A stretch of 64,000 nucleotides of DNA from Paragordius varius (Eukaryota > Animalia > Nematomorpha), in contig OZ176056.1 in the NCBI GenBank assembly GCA_964247055.1, positions 8,308,001 to 8,372,000 on the forward strand. The letters run 5' to 3'. Positions within the stretch are counted from its first letter, which is position 1; each line of letters begins with the position of its first letter. Below are positions 1-11,800 of the stretch, piece after piece. A model generated the notes under the pieces. The model made no database searches, was not told where the DNA came from, and saw only the letters and a program-made list of their open reading frames with translations. The position numbers and the translations under genes are program-made.

Positions 1-1250
1 GTTTGCATCATACCTAAAAACAGTAAAGTACGCTTCAACAAAATTTTGTTGAAAATTAAATTTTAAAAAGTATGAATTTGCAAAAATATTTTTTTTATGT
101 CAAAATATAGTATGTTTAAATTTTTTATAACGCGATCCCAGCATTTACGTTTATTTTAAGAAAAACCCATTTTAGAAGAGCGTTTGGGAATTATGGAGCC
201 CACATCTAAGAATCCTAAAAATATTGTTGTGCTTTTGTGTGTAGTTTATGATATATTTTCGTGATGTTTTTGGAATGAAGCCTCTAGCTACAAAAAAAAC
301 ATATTAAAATCTCAAATTTTGCCATTTTTTGATAGGGAGAACTTACCACAAAAGTGTATGTAACTTTCTTAAATCATTGGTAAAGGGCAAAACCAAAAGC
401 ACTCATGATATTTTGAATCATTGGAATTTTTGTACCTATCGATTTTTGACGCAGTATTCGAAAACCAAAAATTTAAGAATCATTTTTAAGGTATTTATTT
501 AAAAAAATTCTTCTGTTATTACTACTCTTTCAATTTTTTTTTACAAATTATAACATAAATTCTCAAATATGATATTTCCGATTGCTTTTTATAAATTAAT
601 TTTGTTTTTAATTTTATTCGAAAAGAAAAATGATTTTATTTTACATATTTTTTCAAAAAAGTGGCCATAATCAAAATTAAAAATTGCTAATAACAAATCT
701 AGATATTTAAACCTTAACATTCAAAGTAAATAAACTCTGGAGTACATTTAATTTTCATAAACCATATTTTTTAGCCTTAAAAAATCCAGTAAGACAGCCG
801 AAACTCCGAAAAATATAAAAACATTATATATACTAATTCAGATAATTAATCAACATAAAAGATACCATTTTAAAATATTTTAATTTTGTAAACCCAAATA
901 TCAGTAAAATCAAGTTATATAGTAAAATTAATTATATTTATTATAGGGCAGTATCAAAGATGGTCAGTTATTGATGAGATGCTTTTCATATAAAAAAAAA
1001 CAATAAATTATAACAGATGGGTTAGTATATAGGTTATAAAACAGGTTAATTAACTTTTATTACAATACTTTATGGATATTTTTATAAAATGCATATTTTC
1101 CAACATACTTTAAACCAAAATATATTAAACAATTTCATTATGTGATTGTAGAGTTGGAATTTTACTATTGGAAATGCTAGAAAAATGCTCCGTTAAATTG
1201 TTTTTTTCAATAAAATCCCTCTTAAAAAGGCAAAAAATATTGATAGGAAT

Positions 1251-1774
1251 TCAATAGTGTGGATATTCTAACCAACGTAAACGCTGTTCCTCAATCTGTG
1301 ATGAAAGCCGTAAGGATAAAAAGATTGCCAGGAGCTGAAAAACAAAAATAAAAAAAATGTTAAAAAAACTAAACAATTTAAATAAAGGCATAACAAAAAA
1401 AATTTCATTTAGCATAAATGGATCAATTATTACACAAGTGCAAAAAAATTTGAAATATAAGGTAAATTTAAGAGAAATATTGAAAATTTTTTATATTGGA
1501 ATTATAAAAATGTATTAATCCTGCCTATAAAATACTAAAATATAAAGTTAATTACTTTAGTAACACTCAAAAAACTAATAAAAAAATTATTTGAAAATTA
1601 TGTAAAAACTAAATATTTTCATAAACCAATGGTATAAGAATTGCTAAAACGACAGTCCCCAACGTAACGGCATGTTCTTCGATCCATTTGGATATGGCTT
1701 TCAAACAACCCGCAGTAAATATTTTATCCTTAATTTCAGTTTCCTATTAAAAAGTGAAATGAAAAGGAATTTTT

Positions 1775-1818
<44 letters not shown>

Positions 1819-4800
1819 TTTGTACTTCAAGAGTGTCCTTGAACAGTTCAGTTGGTCCTTGAACAGTTCAAGTTGGTCCTTTGACTTTTTTGTTTTGTTT
1901 TTAACTTTTATCAATCAAATCGTAAATAATTATCTATTTTATTGTTTTTAACCGTATTTCTATTATTTAACATAAATTTTAAATCGATATCAACTTTTAA
2001 TCTTTGAGAAACCGTATATCTTTATCAATTTCTTAAAATAATTTTGGATATTCATAAGGTTTTAACACGAAATGAAAAAATATATAAGTTTTCTGGGTTA
2101 TTAATTAAAATTTTTCATTAAAAACATTTAAAAGTCAATAATTTTGTTCAATAGTAAAAAAATAGTTTGAAACACAAAGTGGTTTTTAAATAAAAAATTT
2201 TATTTTAAATGAATAAATAAATATATAATAAATAAAGAAAATTAGGTTAATAAATAATAAGATAAAAAAACAAATGCAAAAATTATGGTTAAATCAAAAT
2301 TTATAAATTTTAAATACCAACTTGAAGTGTTCAAGGACCAACTTGAAATGTTCAAAGACCAACTTGAAGTGTTCAAGGACACTCTTGAAGTGCAAATGGT
2401 ATATATAAATTATTTAATAAAACGACATTGTTAGTTTTAAATAAAAAAAGGACGAAATTATCAGATAAAAGCATGAAAAGGCGGGAAAAATTATTTTTAT
2501 TTAAAATTAACACCTTGATTTTATCAATTAGCTAAAATTATAAAATAATTTTAGAGTTATTTAACTAAATAAGTAAAGAGCATTAATTGTAACTTTTAAG
2601 CAGCAAAAGTAACTATTTTGACTTTTATGGTTTTTATAAAATCACATTTTAACAAAAGGAGATAAGTTTTAAACATTGCTGGTTTTTTGTTTCATGTAAA
2701 GGGTTAAAGGATTATTGGTATTTAACAACATAAAATATACCATTTACAATACAAATTTAGCCTTAAAAAATTTAAATTCACCCTAAAAAATTATGCGTTT
2801 TCAAACTAATATAACTTATCATTAATTATAATATTCTAAAACATAATTTCATTTTTTTAAAATAATTTTGGCAATTTTTATTGTTGTAAAATACATAATT
2901 TAATTTAGGGCAAATTTAAATTGTACAAAGATGAATTCAAATTGTTAAAAGAGAAATTTACACTGTAAAGGGTATAATTTAAACTAAATATTAGTTTAGT
3001 AAAAACATGCACTTTTAACAAAAATATTCAAGGTTCTTTATATAATCAAAGGGGCAATACACTAAAAGTTAAAAGGCAAATATTTTTAGAAAACATAACT
3101 AAGTTTACGAAATTTAATTATTAATAATATAGTTGTTTATGTGGTAATTAAGGTTAGAATTTGTATTTTTTGATAAAAATATTTGTTTCAGCCTTGACGT
3201 TTTGTTTATATATTTTAATTTTTAAAGTTATGATTAATAAGAAAAATTATAAAAAAACTTATGATTAATATTTTTGAGATAAAAAATAATTTTACAAAAT
3301 AATATATTTATAATACCAAAAATATTAATTTATTACAAAATATATAATTAAAATCATATTAAATTTTTTCAAAATTATTCAAGCATACAAAATTGTTAAT
3401 TATAAATAAGGAAATGCTAGAATTATCCTATTATAAATATATTATATTTATTTAAAAAGTTTTTGAACAATGTATAAATAAATATAATTACTGTTTTGTC
3501 AACCGTATGAAATCCGCACATAACATTAAACATTTCTCCCTATTTTTATAAAAAAAATTTTAAACAAAAAACAATTTAAGAATATTAAAAAATAAAAATA
3601 ATTTTTTGAATTTATGTATTAAAACGATTTAAAAACACAAAATAAACCATAAAAACTAAATTATACGGACAAAACATAAAAATAAATATGAACAAATAAA
3701 TATTTTTTTCTAAGAGATCTATCTTGAATTTTTTTAATATAAGTCATTATTTTTTAAACTGCAAAGTATGAATATATATTTTAAATAACGATTAATTAAA
3801 TAATTTTTAAAGAATTAACCAAGGTTTTAAAAAATGGTTGTCTTTTGAAAAAAATTTCTTTATATTTGTCCTTATATTTGTCCGTATAATCTAAATTTTT
3901 TACAGCTTATGTATTTATTTTATACCTAGTTTTAAATAAAAATTTCTCTAAAACAAAACAAAAAAAAACATATAAAAAACACAACTAAACATTTAAATGA
4001 TACCAATTTACTGGGACCAAAATAAAATATATACCATTTACAGTTCAATTTCACCCTTAAACAATACAAATTCACCCTTGAACAATTCAAATTCACCCTT
4101 GAACAATTCAAATTCACCCTACCCCTGAACAATACAAATTCACCCTACCCTTGAACAATACAAATTCACCCTTGAACAATTCAAATTCACCCTCGAACAA
4201 TTCAAATTCACCCTCAAATAGAATATATGTTTTTTAAGATTGAAATTACCTATATTTTATATATTTTTAAAAAATAAAAATTCTATTTTAAGTTAAAATA
4301 ATACTGAAAAAATAATAAACTATACCATAAACATATATTTTATATTAATAATGAAATATATTAGTTCGAAAACACATAATTTATTTTTAAGGTGAATTTG
4401 AACTGTAAATGGTATATTAAACTTTTTTTTTGAAAAAACTTAAAACTTTTTTTTAGTTTTATAGAAAAAAAAACTTTTTTTTACCATTTTCCTTTTACAA
4501 CAAGAGGATGGAACGCCGCATTGTTCAACGCTCAAGTTATCAGGCGTGCAATTAAAGTAAGGATTTAAAGACCAATCTCGGAATCCATTAGTACCCACTC
4601 CACAGCATTCAAACTATAAAAAATATAAATATTTCTTTTTTTTGCCCGATAAAATTTTATTTTGTTAAAATTTTTAAGATGTCTAATAAGTTATAAATAT
4701 TTAGGTTTCTTTTGTTTAAATCAAAATGTTGGATATATTTAAATTTAACTAATTTTAAGAGAATTCAAAATTTTTTTGGTTTTATCAATTGAGATTGACT

Positions 4801-5661
4801 TTTAAATCGACTCTTTAAAACATTAAGATAAAAAAGCAATGATAAATTCATACATACTTTTTAAAATATTCGATATTGCAAATTAATATTTAATAAATTA
4901 TATTTATATATCTTTTGTTTTAACTTACAATGTATATCAAAAATGTTGGATATAATTCAAACAAATTTTACAAGAATTCAAAATATTTTTTTTGGTTTTA
5001 TCAATTAAACATCACCTTTAAATCGACTCTTTAACATTAAATTTGAAAAGGCAATAATAAACTCATACATACTTTTTAATTTATTCGATATTGCAAATCA
5101 TGTTAATAAAATCGTAACATTTTATTGAATAATTAATAGGGCATATAACTTTATTGTTTGTTTGACAATAAAAAAATTCTTTAAAAAAATCCTTAAAAAT
5201 TACTCTGATTAAACACACAATTTAAATTTAGCCAAGAATACTTTATTTGTCCTTAACAATGGAGTATGGGCTAAAAATTAATTTGTATTAAGGGTAGGGC
5301 ATTAAAAATTTAACTTTGAGTTTACCGTGTAAATAAGAAAAACAAACACATAGAATTTTAAAAAATAATTACAGTAAAAACTGAAATTATACGGACAAAA
5401 CGTTAAAATAAAATGACAAATATTCTTTTTCGAAAGGACAAACATACTTTTAAAATTTAGATTTATATCAATATAAACATTCATTGTTTTAAATGGCAAA
5501 GTGTGAAATATAGATATATAATACTAACACAATCAATTCTATATTTTACAATTTTGTAACTAAATATCTTATATGGGAAACATTTAGGTTTTTAAAAGTC
5601 TGATTGTCTTTTAGAAAAAATATTTGTCTTTATATTTTTACGTTTTGTCCGTATAATTTAA

Positions 5662-5705
<44 letters not shown>

Positions 5706-8215
5706 AAAATTAATCCAATAAAACCAAGTTTCTAGATTACAAAATAATATATCTTATAAATTGTATTAAAAAGAAAATAAAATTGGCATTTCAAAATAAA
5801 TATAGAGCTAAAAATTATAAATATTTCATAATCAAACATTAAATTAATTAAATGATTTAACATATAATAAAAATTCAAAAAACTATCCCATTAACAAACA
5901 TACAAAAAACTAAATTTCAATAAATTAACAATAAATTAAGTAACAATTCAAATTACCCGCTCAACAAATAACAAATTTACCCTAAAAATAAAATATGTGT
6001 ATTCTAGGGGCTAATATAATAACTCATCATTAATATAAGAAATATTGCTTTATGGCATAGTTTATACTATCATATTTTTCTGTATTCACTTTAATTTAAA
6101 CTGAAATATTACTTTTTTGTATGAACATATACCAAATATAGGTAAATTTTGACAGATATATAAAAACACAAAAATGTTTTAAGGGTATTAATTAAAAAAA
6201 TTTAAAGAATTTGACGAGTTAATCGTATAAAAAACCTAAAAAAAGCTTAAAAAAGCTTAAAAAAAGTTTCAAAAAAGGCTACAAAAACTTACTTTAATTT
6301 GAATCGTATCAATCAAGTTTCGTAAATCATCATCTTCTCGGTACCGTTGTATGGCCTTGAGCAAAATTTCATGGGGCGTTTGAACGATTCGCATCTTAGG
6401 ATCCGAGGAATAAAACGAAAAAAAGACAAGACCACCCAACACAAGCAGTAACACGAAAAGGGCAAAAAGTGTATAAGCAAACTAAAGAGCATTAATATAT
6501 ACAATTTCCTTTATTTTATCAAAAAATTTTATTTTTATTTTTTTCGTTAAATGGGTATAAATATTTGGGCAAAATTTTAATATATACATACCATTTACAG
6601 TCATGTATCCTTTATTTTATCAAATTTTATTTTTATTTTTTTTCGTTAAATGGGTAGAAATATTTGGTCGAAATTTCAATATATACCATTTACAGTCATA
6701 TATCCTTTATTTTATCAAAAAATGATTTATTTTTATTTTTTTTTCGTTAAATGGCAGGGGGGTATAAATATTTGGTCGAAATTTCAATTTATATACATTA
6801 CAGTCATGTATCCTTTATTTTATCAAAAAATGATTTATTATTATTATTTTTCATTAAATGGCAGGGGAGTAAAAATATTTGGTAAAGAATGGAGAAAACA
6901 AAATCTCTATGGTAATTTTTATACTACTTTGATGAATATGATATTGTTAATAATACCATAGAGCTCTGGTTTTTTCCATTCTTTACCAAATATTTATACC
7001 CCCATTTAACAAAAATAAATAATTTTTTTTTTGAAAAAATAAAGGATACATGACTGTATATATCTATATATTGAAAAAAATTTCAATATATTCGTTTACA
7101 CTATATGTCAATATATATTATATAAAATTGTGCAGATATATATGGAACATGCAACTTTTAAGGCTTATTAAATACTAAAACCATTATCAATGATCAGTTA
7201 TTTGTCAAAAAAACTTAACGGCTTATTTGTCAAAAAACTTATCTTAAAGAAAAAAAAAGGGGGGGGGTCATATATTTTACAGCAAAAATTCAAGAGATAT
7301 ATAGGCAAAAAAGGCAAATATTTTTTAAAGACAAAATTATACTTCCTTAATTTTTCCTATTATATATATATTGTATGTTTGTCAAAAAATATATAGTTCT
7401 ATACTATCTTCTTAATTTTTGCAATACAATTCACCGGTATGATAAAAGTAGATTATACATGGTTTCTATGGTAAAAAGCGAAAATTTCCAAACAAAACGT
7501 ATGGTTGTTTTTCTAGGAAACAAATATACCTTTAACTGGTGTGATTTAAAAAATTTAAATTTTGGATTTAATTATGTAAAATCCTTACACTTTTGAGCAT
7601 ACAAATATTTTCACGGAGTGATCCTAAACACCCCAGGAAAGTGAGAATGAATACGAAAGAGCCGGCAATCATAAGAAGTATGGCTGGGTCATACAGTATA
7701 TCCAAGGCATCTCGTAAAATCTTTTCTTTCTCAATGAAAGCGTATAAACCAATTGCGGCAAATATGCACCCACATAACTAAATTATAAGACGAGAACCAA
7801 TAAGAGATTAATGTAAATATTTAATGTTGATATAACTAAAAAACTAAGTACATAAAAATTAAGTATGCGATCAATATTTAGAAATCAAAACGGACAGGAT
7901 ATATAAATTATATGCATCTTTCTAGTTGAGTAGTTAAGACAAAAAGACTTATAGAACAGATAATAAGTTTTTTTGTCTTAACTACTCAACTTTATCTAAA
8001 TAATTAAAACGTAATATAAACCTTTTTAAAAATATAAGAAAAAATTCTAAAAAAGTATCAAGATACCCAAAACATAAAGTTGAAAAAGAAAAGCGTGTAT
8101 TTGACACATTTGCTGATAGGATTGTATGAATAATATGTGTTTGGACGTTGCTTTTGAAAATAATTTTATGCGATAATACTTGTCTATATTTGTTATATCT
8201 GGAATTTCTAACCAT
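1251..8215 (-). CDS. Tetraspanin of the TspanC8 subgroup (TSPAN5/14/17/33-like), 291 aa, 8 exons
   Basis: Exons (minus): 8180-8215, 8067-8150, 7589-7777, 6293-6481, 4485-4613, 3492-3539, 1627-1743, 1251-1334. All have GT-AG ends and join into one 876-nt frame. Translation contains CVKYTLFFFNFMFW, GCLGSLRENICML, YREDDDLRNLID, CCG, YFNC, CGVPSSCC, MCG and GC, i.e. 8 Cys in the large loop, plus four hydrophobic segments. Confidence 0.95.
1779..1816. repeat. (TA)n microsatellite, representative
   Basis: Pure TA tract. Others at about 5668-5698, 8807-8845, 28841-28868, 36408-36430 and 42777-42809. Confidence 0.95.
1813..2404. mobile_element. MITE family E: TA(C/T)CATTTG termini, 21-bp subterminal repeats (CTTGAACACTTCAAGTTGGTC)
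   Basis: Long inverted ends with repeated subunits. Abuts a (TA)n tract. Lies in a tetraspanin intron. Confidence 0.8.
2736..2976. mobile_element. MITE family A copy (degenerate)
   Basis: TATACCATTTACA...TGTAAAGGGTATA ends and AAATTCACCC subunits. Confidence 0.65.
4030..4417. mobile_element. MITE family A copy with expanded 21-bp array
   Basis: TATACCATTTACAGTTCAA...TTGAACTGTAAATGGTATA ends and about 8 CAATTCAAATTCACCCTTGAA-like units on the left arm. Confidence 0.9.
6510..7058. mobile_element. MITE family D (TA|CAGTCATGTATCC...GGATACATGACTG|TA) with tandemly amplified ~100-bp left arm
   Basis: TACAGTCATGTATCC-like sequence recurs at about 6597, 6690 and 6800. Central inverted repeat around CTCTATGGTA/TACCATAGAG. 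Second copy at about 53511-53834. Confidence 0.75.
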
Positions 8216-8311
8216 CAAATCCAATCTTCTTAAAGAATTAGGTCAGCCCTTATGCATGCATTCATTTCAAAACATATTTTTTTGAAATTTTAGTTGTTTT
8301 AAAAAACGTGG
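8216..8311. promoter_or_regulatory. Putative bidirectional promoter / 5' leader region, tetraspanin-ERGIC1
   Basis: Only 96 bp separate the two divergent ATGs. Contains the palindrome ATGCATGCAT (8252-8261). Confidence 0.6.
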
Positions 8312-8804
8312 ATGAATTTAAGGAGGTAACAATTAAAAGTAACTTTCAAGGTGTGATTTATATCGAAAAGTCCCAAAAGACTTAACTCAGGCAACTTATA
8401 CTGGTGCTATCATATCTATATGTTGCATATTATTTATTTCATACTTATTTATATCGGAACTAATATCTTTTCTAACTACTGATATGTATACCAATCATGT
8501 AATTTACATTTTAGAGAAAGTCAAATTTATGTCGATAATCCAGTAGATGATGAAAAAATAAAAGTGTTTTTAAACATATCCCTCCCCAAAATGAAATGTG
8601 AATGTAATAATTTTGATTATCTCCTATTTTATTTTATATTTTTTTAATTTTGGTTCAGATGTTGGTCTAGATATAATGGATAATAAAGGAAGGCATGAGG
8701 TAGGTTACGTAGAGAATACAATTAAAAATCCGATTGGAAATCAAGGTCAAGGTTGCAATCTCGAATTAAAATTTTCCATTAATAAGGTATATTAATTTTG
8801 AATT

Positions 8805-8847
<43 letters not shown>

Positions 8848-11800
8848 GTATCTATATTCCGTTATATTAAGGTTTTTTATTTAAAATGTAATTTTGTGTT
8901 AAAAATGGCAAATATATTTTTTAAAGCATTTTGATGTGAATTACAATATAACTAACTATTCGGTAAAAATTTATGTCATAAAATTATAAAAAAATATCAA
9001 AAAATACTTAAAAGTTTATTACCAAATATAATTTATACGTACATCTTATTTAAGATTGGGTTACAATAACCTCTCCTTGATACACAAATTTTCATGATTT
9101 AAAACAGTTTTTTTTATAAATTTCTATAAATAATCTTTATATTTATAGTATTTCTACAATTATATAAAAAAAAATTTTGTCTATGAAATAAATTGAAAAA
9201 ATAGTCAAATTTTTTGAATTTTATAAATATCTTTTGCGAATTATTCAAGATTCCAGGAAACTTCCATATATCAACTCATGCTAGTCAAGCACCACCAGAA
9301 ACTGTTAATATGCAACATATTATTCACTCTTTAACATTCGGCGATGATTTTCCGGTAATTACAAAGTTTATCAAATAAAAAAATGCTAAGTATATTTAGT
9401 TTATTCAGTAAAGATTGAAATTATAATCGAAAAAAACGTAAAAATAATTGGTAATTATTTTTTTATAAAATAACCCTAACTTGATATTTTATAACTCATA
9501 ACTTATTGATTTGAGTTTAAGAATAACGAAAAACCATATACAGTATGCATACACGGGAGTGTATTTGAAAAAAAGAAAGGAAATGATTGTTTATTCAACA
9601 TTTTATTATTTTTTTCCATACACTACTGTGGTGTAGGGCAAATTGCCCTCCTACTATAGTTTGTGAAATAAGCAACCTTAAATGTTACTGTAAATTGTTG
9701 GTAATTATTTCAAAATCCAAATCCAAATTATAAATGTCATAAAAAACCAAAGATAATAAAATTTTTGCTTTAGTGTTTTTAGTTTTGTCCTTTATAATTT
9801 ATTTTTACTGTAATTCATATATATACCATTTACAGTTCAAATTTACCCTTGAACAATTCAAATTCACCCTCGAACAATCTAAATTCACCCTAAAAATAAA
9901 TTATGTATTTTTGAACTAATATATAATTCATTATTGATATGAAATATATTTTTATGGTATAATTTATTATTATTTCAGTATTATTTTAATTTAAAACAAA
10001 GTTTTTATTTTTGAAAAATATATAAAATATAGGTAATTTTTAATCTTAAAAAACATATATTTTATTTGAGGGTGGATTTGAATTGTTCGAGGGTGAGTTT
10101 GAATTGTAAATGGTATATTTGTCAAAATTTGGAATAGAATATGCATTTTAATGGTTGCTTATTTTACGTTTTATATAGTAGGGGGCAATTTGCAACACAA
10201 CAGTAGTGTATGGAAAAAAATAACAAAATGTTGAATAATCATGATTTCCTTTGCTATTTTCCATACATTCCTGTCCTGTGTGTTGCGAATTGCCATACTA
10301 TAGTGTTAAATAAGCACAATCAGTAAAATACATCCTGTATAATTGGTTTTCATGAATATTTTATATTATATAATAAATGAGGAAATATTTAGTTTAGAAA
10401 TAGATTTCAATAAAAATTGAAATTATAACAAAATGTAAATAATATCTAAACCATTTATTTAATCTTGGATATTATATTTTTTAGTTAAATTATTACGATT
10501 TTAATTCACACAATTAAATTTGTTACCATTTACATTTTATCTATTTAACTGCAAATATTATATTTATAAATCGCAGTTAAGAAAATATGGTTAGGTTGTC
10601 TTTACAAAAAAATATTTATTTTAGTATTTTCAGGATGACCGACCCTTAATAAAAATTTTATTTAAAAAAACTTTTGTGTTTTGATATATACCATTAACAC
10701 TTCATAATTCACCCTTTAATTATTTAAATTCACCCTAAAATAAATAAATATTGTGATTTTTAAAATTAAAAATTACCTGTATTTCTGTATATTTTTAAGG
10801 AATGATATTTTGTTTAAAATGAAAATACTGAAAAATAAATAAACTAAGCCATAAAGATATATTTCATATTAATGAGAAAATACATAATTTATTTTTAGGG
10901 TAAATTTGAATTGTTCAAGGGTGAATTTGAATCGTAAATGGTATATAACATTGTCAAGGCGTATCTTATTAATAATGTGATTAAAATTTCGTAAGATTAA
11001 TTATTACACTATATTCAAAAAATTTGTTCAATAGTCGAAAATAAAAACAAAATTAATGTAAAAGAAAATGAAAATTATTAATACGAAAAAATTTTTTAAT
11101 TAATTTTTACTTTGTAATTTATTATATTTTAGCATCATGCGGTCCAAGCCCATTCCAAAGCATTGGTTAATGTTGAAAAACCCGAAGGAGGTATAAAAAT
11201 CATACGGACCCTAAAAACGATTAATTTTGTTTGATTTAATCCTGGGAATTAATATAAATAATTTATAACTCAATAAATATTAAGCACCAATATGTTTTAA
11301 GAGCGTTTTTCAAAGGTTTTTTTTACTAGTCTAAATGGAGAAAAAATGTTAAAATATAAATTTTTATTACAGTTTTTTTTGGAAATAATCCAACATAATC
11401 ATACATATTTAAATTTTATATATATACCAGTTACAATTCAAATTCACCCTTAAACAATTCAAATTCACCCTCAAAATAAAATAAATTGTGTTCCCGGGAT
11501 ATTATAACTCATTAATATGAATATATCTTAATGTCGTATAGTTTATTATTTTTTCGATATTATATAGTATTAATTTTAAAAAAAAATTTATTTTATAAAA
11601 TTATAAAAAAATGTAAGTAATTTTTAATTTTAAAAAACACTTAATATATTTTAGAGTTTGAATTGTTCAAGGTAGAATTTAAATTGTTCAAGGGAGAATT
11701 TGAATTGTTCAGGGAGAACATGAACTCTAAAAGGTATATCAATCACAAAAATTTATATATTTATATAAATATTTTTTAGAAATAGGTAAGTTTTTCATTG

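Noticed and set aside
1-520. Sequence similar to about 19060-19560, 17990-18030 and 54120-54180
   Set aside because: Appears to be another dispersed repeat family, but I could not define its ends, so it is not listed as a feature.
3932-4132. 66-aa ORF with repeated RVNLNCS units (also 28553-28741)
   Set aside because: It is the translation of the 21-bp MITE subterminal repeat, not a gene.
4050-4215. Regular short repeats resembling a CRISPR array
   Set aside because: The units are contiguous with no unique spacers, lie within TIRs, and the DNA is eukaryotic.
7593-7781. Plus-strand 62-aa ORF
   Set aside because: Antisense to tetraspanin exon 3.
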